A stretch of DNA of 64,000 bases, from assembly GCA_964057225.1 (NCBI GenBank), contig OZ059900.1, positions 15,066,001-15,130,000 of the forward strand, given 5' to 3'. How positions within the stretch are numbered: position 1 is the stretch's first letter; every line of letters begins with the position of its first letter. The translations under genes and the position numbers were made by a program. The notes below the pieces were generated by a model. That model worked only from the letters and a program-made list of their open reading frames with translations, was not told where the DNA came from and made no database searches. This document shows, piece by piece, positions 15,001 to 27,600 of the stretch. This DNA is from Auanema rhodensis. Its lineage: Eukaryota; Animalia; Nematoda.

Positions 15001-18000
15001 TTCTCCCCGGCCGGGAATTGAACCCGGGTCTCGCATGTGACAGACGCGGATACTCACCACTATACTACCGAGGATTGAATTTGCACTTAGAAACTTTCAC
15101 TAAGAGTGTGAGTTTGAATTATAGTAGAAAAATGAAACACTGTCTCTAACATATCTTGATTTATGGCCTACTTTACTCAAAGAGCTAATTGAAGTTTGGT
15201 GTTAAAATGAACAATTGATTAACGCTGACGTTTCAATTTTTTTCATCGTAATTGAGATAGAACATTTAAATTAAATGGAAATGTTTAAAAATTTAGAAAA
15301 AATCACAAGCTCAAATCACTTTTGAAAAAACAGAAAGTTTAAAACAACCTTTTTTCTAATAATTATCTTTTTAATTCGACTTTTGGAAGAAAACAAAAAT
15401 AGCATAACATTCAATAACGATGAATCAGAACAAAAACATTCTCCCCGGCCGGGAATTGAACCCGGGTCTCGCATGTGACAGACGCGGATACTCACCACTA
15501 TACTACCGAGGATTGAATTTGCACTTAGAAACTTTCATTAAGAGTGTGAGTTTGAATTATAGTAGAAAAATGAAACACTGTCTCTAACATATCTTGATTT
15601 ATGGCCTACTTTACTCAAAGAGCTAATTGAAGTTTGGTGTTAAAATGAACAATTGATTAACGCTGACGTTTCAATTTTTTTCATCGTTATTGAGATAGAA
15701 CATTTAAATTAAATGGAAGTGTTTAAAAATTTAGAAAAAATCACAAGCTCAAATCACTTTTGAAAAAACAGAAAGTTTAAAACAACCTTTTTTCTAATAA
15801 TTATCTTTTTAATTCGACTTTTGGAAGAAAACAAAAATAGCATAACATTCAATAACGATGAATCAGAACAAAAACATTCTCCCCGGCCGGGAATTGAACC
15901 CGGGTCTCGCATGTGACAGACGCGGATACTCACCACTATACTACCGAGGATTGAATTTGCACTTAGAAACTTTCATTAAGAGTGTGAGTTCGAATTATAG
16001 TAGAAAAATGAAACACTGTCTCTAACATATCTTGATTTATGGCCTACTTTACTCAAAGAGCTAATTGAAGTTTGGTGTTAAAATGAACAATTGATTAACG
16101 CTGACGTTTCAATTTTTTTCATCGTAATTGAGATAGAACATTTAAATTAAATGGAAGTGTTTAAAAATTTAGAAAAAATCACAAGCTCAAATCACTTTTG
16201 AAAAAACAGAAAGTTTAAAACAACCTTTTTTCTAATAATTATCTTTTTTATCCGACTTTTGTAAAAAAACAAAAATAGCATAACATTCAATAACGATGAA
16301 TCAGAACAAAAACATTCTCCCCGGCCGGGAATTGAACCCGGGTCTCGCATGTGACAGACGCGGATACTCACCACTATACTACCGAGGATTGAATTTGCAC
16401 TTAGAAACTTTCATTAAGAGTGTGAGTTTGAATTATAGTAGAAAAATGAAACACTGTCTCTAACATATCTTGATTTATGGCCTACTTTACTCAAAGAGCT
16501 AATTGAAGTTTGGTGTTAAAATGAACAATTGATTAACGCTGACGTTTCAATTTTTTTCATCGTAATTGAGATAGAACATTTAAATTAAATGGAAGTGTTT
16601 AAAAATTTAGAAAAAATCACAAGCTCAAATCACTTTTGAAAAAACAGAAAGTTTAAAACAACCTTTTTTCTAATAATTATCTTTTTAATTCGACTTTTGG
16701 AAGAAAACAAAAATAGCATAACATTCAATAACGATGAATCAGAACAAAAACATTCTCCCCGGCCGGGAATTGAACCCGGGTCTCGCATGTGACAGACGCG
16801 GATACTCACCACTATACTACCGAGGATTGAATTTGCACTTAGAAACTTTCACTAAGAGTGTGAGTTTGAATTATAGTAGAAAAATGAAACACTGTCTCTA
16901 ACATATCTTGATTTATGGCCTACTTTACTCAAAGAGCTAATTGAAGTTTGGTGTTAGAATGAACAATTGATTAACGCTGACGTTTCAATTTTTTTCATCG
17001 TAATTGAGATAGAACATTTAAATTAAATGGAAATGTTTAACGACTTAGAAAAAAAACACAAGCTCAAATCACTTTTGAAAAAACAGAAAGTTTAAAACAA
17101 CTTTTTTTCTAATAATTATCTTTTTTATCCGACTTTTGTAAAAAAACAAAAATAGCATAACATTCAATAACGATGAATCAGAACAAAAACATTCTCCCCG
17201 GCCGGGAATTGAACCCGGGTCTCGCATGTGACAGACGCGGATACTCACCACTATACTACCGAGGATTGAATTTGCACTTAGAAACTTTCACTAAGAGTGT
17301 GAGTTTGAATTATAGTAGAAAAATGAAACACTGTCTCTAACATATCTTGATTTATGGCCTACTTTACTCAAAGAGCTAATTGAAGTTTGGTGTTAGAATG
17401 AACAATTGATTAACGCTGACGTTTCAATTTTTTTCATCGTAATTGAGATAGAACATTTAAATTAAATGGAAATGTTTAACGACTTAGAAAAAAAACACAA
17501 GCTCAAATCACTTTTGAAAAAACAGAAAGTTTAAAACAACTTTTTTTCTAATAATTATCTTTTTTATCCGACTTTTGTAAAAAAACAAAAATAGCATAAC
17601 ATTCAATAACGATGAATCAGAACAAAAACATTCTCCCCGGCCGGGAATTGAACCCGGGTCTCGCATGTGACAGACGCGGATACTCACCACTATACTACCG
17701 AGGATTGAATTTGCACTTAGAAACTTTCATTAAGAGTGTGAGTTTGAATTATAGTAGAAAAATGAAACACTGTCTCTAACATATCTTGATTTATGGCCTA
17801 CTTTACTCAAAGAGCTAATTGAAGTTTGGTGTTAAAATGAACAATTGATTAACGCTGACGTTTCAATTTTTTTCATCGTAATTGAGATAGAACATTTAAA
17901 TTAAATGGAAGTGTTTAAAAATTTAGAAAAAATCACAAGCTCAAATCACTTTTGAAAAAACAGAAAGTTTAAAACAACCTTTTTTCTAATAATTATCTTT

Positions 18001-20798
18001 TTAATTCGACTTTTGGAAGAAAACAAAAATAGTATAACATTCAATAACGATGAATCAGAACAAAAACATTCTCCCCGGCCGGGAATTGAACCCGGGTCTC
18101 GCATGTGACAGACGCGGATACTCACCACTATACTACCGAGGATTGAATTTGCACTTAGAAACTTTCACTAAGAGTGTGAGTTTGAATTATAGTAGAAAAA
18201 TGAAACACTGTCTCTAACATATCTTGATTTATGGCCTACTTTACTCAAAGAGCTAATTGAAGTTTGGTGTTAGAATGAACAATTGATTAACGCTGACGTT
18301 TCAATTTTTTTCATCGTAATTGAGATAGAACATTTAAATTAAATGGAAATGTTTAACGACTTAGAAAAAAAACACAAGCTCAAATCACTTTTGAAAAAAC
18401 AGAAAGTTTAAAACAACCTTTTTTCTAATAATTATCTTTTTTATCCGACTTTTGGAAGTAAACAAAAATAGCATAACATTCAATAACGATGAATCAGAAC
18501 AAAAACATTCTCCCCGGCCGGGAATTGAACCCGGGTCTCGCATGTGACAGACGCGGATACTCACCACTTTACTACCGAGGATTGAATTTGCACTTAGAAA
18601 CTTTCATTAAGAGTGTGAGTTTGAATTATAGTAGAAAAATGAAACACTGTCTCTAACATATCTTGATTTATGGCCTACTTTACTCAAAGAGCTAATGGAA
18701 GTTTGGTGTTAGAATGAACAATTGATTAACGCTGACGTTTCAATTTTTTTCATCGTACTTGAGATAGAACATTTAAATTAAATGGAAATGTTTAAAAATT
18801 TAGAAAAAATCACAAGCTCAAATCACTTTTGAAAAAACAGAAAGTTTAAAACAACTTTTTTTCTAATAATTATCTTTTTTATCCAACTTTTGTAAAAAAA
18901 CAAAAATAGCATAACATTCAATAACGATGAATCAGAACAAAAACATTCTCCCCGGCCGGGAATTGAACCCGGGTCTCGCATGTGACAGACGCGGATACTC
19001 ACCACTATACTACCGAGGATTGAATTTGCACTTAGAAACTTTCACTAAGAGTGTGAGTTTGAATTATAGTAGAAAAATGAAACACTGTCTCTAACATATC
19101 TTGATTTATGGCCTACTTTACTCAAAGAGCTAATTGAAGTTTGGTGTTAGAATGAACAATTGATTAACGCTGACGTTTCAATTTTTTTCATCGTAATTGA
19201 GATAGAACATTTAAATTAAATGGAAATGTTTAACGACTTAGAAAAAAAACACAAGCTCAAATCACTTTTGAAAAAACAGAAAGTTTAAAACAACCTTTTT
19301 TCTAATAATTATCTTTTTTATCCGACTTTTGGAAGAAAACAAAAATAGCATAACATTCAATAACGATGAATCAGAACAAAAACATTCTCCCCGGCCGGGA
19401 ATTGAACCCGGGTCTCGCATGTGACAGACGCGGATACTCACCACTATACTACCGAGGATTGAATTTGCACTTAGAAACTTTCATTAAGAGTGTGAGTTTG
19501 AATTATAGTAGAAAAATGAAACACTGTCTCTAACATATCTTGATTTATGGCCTACTTTACTCAAAGAGCTAATGGAAGTTTGGTGTTAGAATGAACAATT
19601 GATTAACGCTGACGTTTCAATTTTTTTCATCGTACTTGAGATAGAACATTTAAATTAAATGGAAATGTTTAAAAATTTAGAAAAAATCACAAGCTCAAAT
19701 CACTTTTGAAAAAACAGAAAGTTTAAAACAACTTTTTTTCTAATAATTATCTTTTTTATCCAACTTTTGTAAAAAAACAAAAATAGCATAACATTCAATA
19801 ACGATGAATCAGAACAAAAACATTCTCCCCGGCCGGGAATTGAACCCGGGTCTCGCATGTGACAGACGCGGATACTCACCACTATACTACCGAGGATTGA
19901 ATTTGCACTTAGAAACTTTCACTAAGAGTGTGAGTTTGAATTATAGTAGAAAAATGAAACACTGTCTCTAACATATCTTGATTTATGGCCTACTTTACTC
20001 AAAGAGCTAATTGAAGTTTGGTGTTAGAATGAACAATTGATTAACGCTGACGTTTCAATTTTTTTCATCGTAATTGAGATAGAACATTTAAATTAAATGG
20101 AAATGTTTAACGACTTAGAAAAAAAACACAAGCTCAAATCACTTTTGAAAAAACAGAAAGTTTAAAACAACCTTTTTTCTAATAATTATCTTTTTTATCC
20201 GACTTTTGGAAGAAAACAAAAATAGCATAACATTCAATAACGATGAATCAGAACAAAAACATTCTCCCCGGCCGGGAATTGAACCCGGGTCTCGCATGTG
20301 ACAGACGCGGATACTCACCACTATACTACCGAGGATTGAATTTGCACTTAGAAACTTTCATTAAGAGTGTGAGTTTGAATTATAGTAGAAAAATGAAACA
20401 CTGTCTCTAACATATCTTGATTTATGGCCTACTTTACTCAAAGAGCTAATGGAAGTTTGGTGTTAGAATGAACAATTGATTAACGCTGACGTTTCAATTT
20501 TTTTCATCGTACTTGAGATAGAACATTTAAATTAAATGGAAATGTTTAAAAATTTAGAAAAAATCACAAGCTCAAATCACTTTTGAAAAAACAGAAAGTT
20601 TAAAACAACTTTTTTTCTAATAATTATCTTTTTTATCCAACTTTTGTAAAAAAACAAAAATAGCATAACATTCAATAACGATGAATCAGAACAAAAACAT
20701 TCTCCCCGGCCGGGAATTGAACCCGGGTCTCGCATGTGACAGACGCGGATACTCACCACTATACTACCGAGGATTGAATTTGCACTTAGAAACTTTCA
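6100..20798. repeat. Higher-order tandem duplication of 17 tRNA units (7452-bp period)
   Basis: Rare variants recur at exactly +7452: gaagaatt at 6884/14336, catcgttatt at 8236/15688, and ORF-variant pairs 6550/14002, 10494/17946, 10933/18385, 13125/20577. Confidence 0.92.
18510..18581 (-). tRNA. tRNA-Asp-GTC: tRNA-Asp(GUC), variant U13A (A box / D stem)
   Basis: Plus strand tcaccacttt instead of tcaccactat, change at 18569. Confidence 0.9.
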
Positions 20799-23700
20799 TT
20801 AAGAGTGTGAGTTTGAATTATAGTAGAAAAATGAAACACTGTCTCTAACATATCTTGATTTATGGCCTACTTTACTCAAAGAGCTAATTGAAGTTTGGTG
20901 TTAAAATGAACAATTGATTAACGCTGACGTTTCAATTTTTTTCATCGTAATTGAGATAGAACATTTAAATTAAATGGAAGTGTTTAAAAATTTAGAAAAA
21001 ATCACAAGCTCAAATCACTTTTGAAAAAACAGAAAGTTTAAAACAACCTTTTTTCTAATAATTATCTTTTTAATTCGACTTTTGGAAGAAAACAAAAATA
21101 GCATAACATTCAATAACGATGAATCAGAACAAAAACATTCTCCCCGGCCGGGAATTGAACCCGGGTCTCGCATGTGACAGACGCGGATACTCACCACTAT
21201 ACTACCGAGGATTGAATTTGCACTTAGAAACTTTCACTAAGAGTGTGAGTTTGAATTATAGTAGAAAAATGAAACACTGTCTCTAACATATCTTGATTTA
21301 TGGCCTACTTTACTCAAAGAGCTAATTGAAGTTTGGTGTTAGAATGAACAATTGATTAACGCTGACGTTTCAATTTTTTTCATCGTAATTGAGATAGAAC
21401 ATTTAAATTAAATGGAAATGTTTAACGACTTAGAAAAAAAACACAAGCTCAAATCACTTTTGAAAAAACAGAAAGTTTAAAACAACCTTTTTTCTAATAA
21501 TTATCTTTTTTATCCGACTTTTGGAAGAAAACAAAAATAGCATAACATTCAATAACGATGAATCAGAACAAAAACATTCTCCCCGGCCGGGAATTGAACC
21601 CGGGTCTCGCATGTGACAGACGCGGATACTCACCACTATACTACCGAGGATTGAATTTGCACTTAGAAACTTTCATTAAGAGTGTGAGTTTGAATTATAG
21701 TAGAAAAATGAAACACTGTCTCTAACATAGCTTGATTTATGGCCTACTTTACTCAAAGAGCTAATGGAAGTTTGGTGTTAGAATGAACAATTGATTAACG
21801 CTGACGTTTCAATTTTTTTCATCGTACTTGAGATAGAACATTTAAATTAAATGGAAATGTTTAAAAATTTAGAAAAAATCACAAGCTCAAATCACTTTTG
21901 AAAAAACAGAAAGTTTAAAACAACTTTTTTTCTAATAATTATCTTTTTTATCCGACTTTTGTAAAAAAACAAAAATAGCATAACATTCAATAACGATGAA
22001 TCAGAACAAAAACATTCTCCCCGGCCGGGAATTGAACCCGGGTCTCGCATGTGACAGACGCGGATACTCACCACTATACTACCGAGGATTGAATTTGCAC
22101 TTAGAAACTTTCTTTAAGAGTGTGAGTTTGAATTATAGTAGAAAAATGAAACACTGTCTCTAACATATCTTGATTTATGGCCTACTTTACTCAAAGAGCT
22201 AATTGAAGTTTGGTGTTAAAATGAACAATTGATTAACGCTGACGTTTCAATTTTTTTCATCGTACTTGAGATAGAACATTTAAATTAAATGGAAGTGTTT
22301 AAAAATTTAGAAAAAATCACAAGCTCAAATCACTTTTGAAAAAACAGAAAGTTTAAAACAACTTTTTTTCTAATAATTATCTTTTTTATCCAACTTTTGT
22401 AAAAAAACAAAAATAGCATAACACTCAATAACGATGAATCAGAACAAAAACATTCTCCCCGGCCGGGAATTGAACCCGGGTCTCGCATGTGACAGACGCG
22501 GATACTCACCACTATACTACCGAGGATTGAATTTGCACTTAGAAACTTTCATTAAGAGTGTGAGTTTGAATTATAGTAGAAAAATGAAACACTGTCTCTA
22601 ACATATCTTGATTTATGGCCTACTTTACTCAAAGAGCTAATTGAAGTTTGGTGTTAGAATGAACAATTGATTAACGCTGACGTTTCAATTTTTTTCATCG
22701 TAATTGAGATAGAACATTTAAATTAAATGGAAATGTTTAAAAATTTAGAAAAAATCACAAGCTCAAATCACTTTTGAAAAAACAGAAAGTTTAAAACAAC
22801 CTTTTTTCTAATAATTATCTTTTTTATCCGACTTTTGTAAAAAAACAAAAATAGCATAACATTCAATAACGATGAATCAGAACAAAAACATTCTCCCCGG
22901 CCGGGAATTGAACCCGGGTCTCGCATGTGACAGACGCGGATACTCACCACTATACTACCGAGGATTGAATTTGCACTTAGAAACTTTCACTAAGAGTGTG
23001 AGTTTGAATTATAGTAGAAAAATGAAACACTGTCTCTAACATATCTTGATTTATGGCCTACTTTACTCAAAGAGCTAATTGAAGTTTGGTGTTAGAATGA
23101 ACAATTGATTAACGCTGACGTTTCAATTTTTTTCATCGTAATTGAGATAGAACATTTAAATTAAATGGAAATGTTTAACGACTTAGAAAAAAAACACAAG
23201 CTCAAATCACTTTTGAAAAAACAGAAAGTTTAAAACAACCTTTTTTCTAATAATTATCTTTTTTATCCGACTTTTGGAAGAAAAAAAAATAGCATAACAT
23301 TCAATAACGATGAATCAGAACAAAAACATTCTCCCCGGCCGGGAATTGAACCCGGGTCTCGCATGTGACAGACGCGGATACTCACCACTATACTACCGAG
23401 GATTGAATTTGCACTTAGAAACTTTCATTAAGAGTGTGAGTTTGAATTATAGTAGAAAAATGAAACACTGTCTCTAACATATCTTGATTTATGGCCTACT
23501 TTACTCAAAGAGCTAATGGAAGTTTGGTGTTAGAATGAACAATTGATTAACGCTGACGTTTCAATTTTTTTCATCGTACTTGAGATAGAACATTTAAATT
23601 AAATGGAAATGTTTAAAAATTTAGAAAAAATCACAAGCTCAAATCACTTTTGAAAAAACAGAAAGTTTAAAACAACTTTTTTTCTAATAATTATCTTTTT

Positions 23701-24206
23701 TATCCGACTTTTGTAAAAAAACAAAAATAGCATAACATTCAATAACGATGAATCAGAACAAAAACATTCTCCCCGGCCGGGAATTGAACCCGGGTCTCGC
23801 ATGTGACAGACGCGGATACTCACCACTATACTACCGAGGATTGAATTTGCACTTAGAAACTTTCTTTAAGAGTGTGAGTTTGAATTATAGTAGAAAAATG
23901 AAACACTGTCTCTAACATATCTTGATTTATGGCCTACTTTACTCAAAGAGCTAATTGAAGTTTGGTGTTAAAATGAACAATTGATTAACGCTGACGTTTC
24001 AATTTTTTTCATCGTAATTGAGATAGAACATTTAAATTAAATGGAAATGTTTAAAAATTTAGAAAAAATCACAAGCTCAAATCACTTTTGAAAAAACAGA
24101 AAGTTTAAAACAACCTTTTTTCTAATAATTATCTTTTTAATTCGACTTTTGGAAGAAAACAAAAATAGCATAACATTCAATAACGATGAATCAGAACAAA
24201 AACATT

Positions 24207-24278
24207 CTCCCCGGCCGGGAATTGAACCCGGGTCTCGCATGTGACAGACGCGGATACTCACCACTATACTACCGAGGA
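24207..24278 (-). tRNA. tRNA-Asp-GTC: tRNA-Asp(GUC), consensus copy whose 5' flank is interrupted by the 300-bp insertion
   Basis: Identical to the consensus; the insertion TSD begins 59 bp upstream of its 5' end. Confidence 0.97.
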
Positions 24279-24336
24279 TTGAATTTGCACTTAGAAACTT
24301 TCATTAAGAGTGTGAGTTTGAATTATAGTAGAAAAA

Positions 24337-24646
24337 TGAAATGTCGCTTTGGCGAAGGTATTCGGTTGTCGGTATTCCGCTGAGAATTAATAGAACAGAT
24401 AGTCAGTGGTAGAATGCTTTATTAAAGAGAAAGTTAACAATATCAACAAAATATAGATCGTCTATACTCCGTTGAAGTAAGTTGAGGTATATCGTATTTT
24501 CCGATCCCAAAGATGAAGATATGGGAAGGCGGGCCGAAAAGTACAATCTGAAATAGACAAAGTAAAGGAAAACGATAAAAACAAAACTGAAATGGAACAA
24601 AACATAGAAAAAAGAATAAAAAATAATCGCTAACCGCGACATGAAA
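24337..24646. repeat. 5-bp target-site duplication TGAAA flanking the insertion
   Basis: Empty site: gaaaaa-TGAAA-cactgt. Filled site: gaaaaa-TGAAA-[tgtcgc...gcgaca]-TGAAA-cactgt. Confidence 0.95.
24342..24641 (-). mobile_element. 300-bp insertion, probable solo LTR of an LTR retrotransposon (BEL/Pao or Ty3/gypsy type); strand is tentative
   Basis: Unit spacing jumps from 438 to 743 bp (+305). The element starts TGTCGC and ends GCGACA (TG..CA termini, 6-bp inverted repeat). TGAAA flanks it at 24337-24341 and 24642-24646 and occurs once at the empty site. AATAAA is present on minus at 24418-24423 and on plus at 24615-24620, so orientation is not certain. No PBS, PPT or internal coding sequence adjoins it. 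Confidence 0.85.
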
Positions 24647-27600
24647 CACTGTCTCTAACATATCTTGATTTATGGCCTACTTTACTCAAAGAGCTAATTG
24701 AAGTTTGGTGTTAGAATGAACAATTGATTAACGCTGACGTTTCAATTTTTTTCATCGTAATTGAGATAGAACATTCAAATTAAATAGAAATGTTTAAAAA
24801 TTTAGAAAAAATCACAAGCTCAAATCACTTTTGAAAAAACAGAAAGTTTAAAACAACCTTTTTTCTAATAATTATCTTTTTTATCCGACTTTTGTAAAAA
24901 AACAAAAATAGCATAACATTCAATAACGATGAATCAGAACAAAAACATTCTCCCCGGCCGGGAATTGAACCCGGGTCTCGCATGTGACAGACGCGGATAC
25001 TCACCACTATACTACCGAGGATTGAATTTGCACTTAGAAACTTTCATTAAGAGTGTGAGTTTGAATTATAGTAGAAAAATGAAACACTGTCTCTAACATA
25101 TCTTGATTTATGGCCTACTTTACTCAAAGAGCTAATTGAAGTTTGGTGTTAAAATGAACAATTGATTAACGCTGACGTTTCAATTTTTTTCATCGTAATT
25201 GAGATAGAACATTTAAATTAAATGGAAGTGTTTAAAAATTTAGAAAAAATCACAAGCTCAAATCACTTTTGAAAAAACAGAAAGTTTAAAACAACCTTTT
25301 TTCTAATAATTATCTTTTTAATTCGACTTTTGGAAGAAAACAAAAATAGCATAACATTCAATAACGATGAATCAGAACAAAAACATTCTCCCCGGCCGGG
25401 AATTGAACCCGGGTCTCGCATGTGACAGACGCGGATACTCACCACTATACTACCGAGGATTGAATTTGCACTTAGAAACTTTCATTAAGAGTGTGAGTTT
25501 GAATTATAGTAGAAAAATGAAACACTGTCTCTAAGATATCTTGATTTATGGCCTACTTTACTCAAAGAGCTAATTGAAGTTTGGTGTTAAAATGAACAAT
25601 TGATTAACGCTGACGTTTCAATTTTTTTCATCGTAATTGAGATAGAACATTTAAATTAAATGGAAATGTTTAAAAATTTAGAAAAAATCACAAGCTCAAA
25701 TCACTTTTGAAAAAACAGAAAGTTTAAAACAACCTTTTTTCTAATAATTATCTTTTTAATTCGACTTTTGGAAGAAAACAAAAATAGCATAACATTCAAT
25801 AACGATGAATCAGAACAAAAACATTCTCCCCGGCCGGGAATTGAACCCGGGTCTCGCATGTGACAGACGCGGATACTCACCACTATACTACCGAGGATTG
25901 AATTTGCACTTAGAAACTTTCATTAAGAGTGTGAGTTTGAATTATAGTAGAAAAATGAAACACTGTCTCTAAGATATCTTGATTTATGGCCTACTTTACT
26001 CAAAGAGCTAATTGAAGTTTGGTGTTAAAATGAACAATTGATTAACGCTGACGTTTCAATTTTTTTCATCGTAATTGAGATAGAACATTTAAATTAAATG
26101 GAAATGTTTAAAAATTTAGAAAAAATCACAAGCTCAAATCACTTTTGAAAAAACAGAAAGTTTAAAACAACCTTTTTTCTAATAATTATCTTTTTAATTC
26201 GACTTTTGGAAGAAAACAAAAATAGTATAACATTCAATAACGATGAATCAGAACAAAAACATTCTCCCCGGCCGGGAATTGAACCCGGGTCTCGCATGTG
26301 ACAGACGCGGATACTCACCACTATACTACCGAGGATTGAATTTGCACTTAGAAACTTTCATTAAGAGTGTGAGTTTGAATTATAGTAGAAAAATGAAACA
26401 CTGTCTCTAAGATATCTTGATTTATGGCCTACTTTACTCAAAGAGCTAATTGAAGTTTGGTGTTAAAATGAACAATTGATTAACGCTGACGTTTCAATTT
26501 TTTTCATCGTAATTGAGATAGAACATTTAAATTAAATGGAAATGTTTAAAAATTTAGAAAAAATCACAAGCTCAAATCACTTTTGAAAAAACAGAAAGTT
26601 TAAAACAACCTTTTTTCTAATAATTATCTTTTTAATTCGACTTTTGGAAGAAAACAAAAATAGCATAACATTCAATAACGATGAATCAGAACAAAAACAT
26701 TCTCCCCGGCCGGGAATTGAACCCGGGTCTCGCATGTGACAGACGCGGATACTCACCACTATACTACCGAGGATTGAATTTGCACTTAGAAACTTTCATT
26801 AAGAGTGTGAGTTTGAATTATAGTAGAAAAATGAAACACTGTCTCTAACATATCTTGATTTATGGCCTACTTTACTCAAAGAGCTAATTGAAGTTTGGTG
26901 TTAAAATGAACAATTGATTAACGCTGACGTTTCAATTTTTTTCATCGTAATTGAGATAGAACATTTAAATTAAATGGAAATGTTTAAAAATTTAGAAAAA
27001 ATCACAAGCTCAAATCACTTTTGAAAAAACAGAAAGTTTAAAACAACCTTTTTTCTAATAATTATCTTTTTAATTCGACTTTTGGAAGAAAACAAAAATA
27101 GCATAACATTCAATAACGATGAATCAGAACAAAAACATTCTCCCCGGCCGGGAATTGAACCCGGGTCTCGCATGTGACAGACGCGGATACTCACCACTAT
27201 ACTACCGAGGATTGAATTTGCACTTAGAAACTTTCACTAAGAGTGTGAGTTTGAATTATAGTAGAAAAATGAAACACTGTCTCTAACATATCTTGATTTA
27301 TGGCCTACTTTACTCAAAGAGCTAATTGAAGTTTGGTGTTAGAATGAACAATTGATTAACGCTGACGTTTCAATTTTTTTCATCGTAATTGAGATAGAAC
27401 ATTTAAATTAAATGGAAATGTTTAACGACTTAGAAAAAAAACACAAGCTCAAATCACTTTTGAAAAAACAGAAAGTTTAAAACAACCTTTTTTCTAATAA
27501 TTATCTTTTTTATCCGACTTTTGGAAGAAAACAAAAATAGCATAACATTCAATAACGATGAATCAGAACAAAAACATTCTCCCCGGCCGGGAATTGAACC

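Noticed and set aside
24186-24661. Three short ORFs overlapping the insertion (65, 79 and 72 aa)
   Set aside because: They are low-complexity F/Y/L-rich translations of the T-rich strand or chimeras across the insertion boundary, with no gag, pol or transposase motifs.
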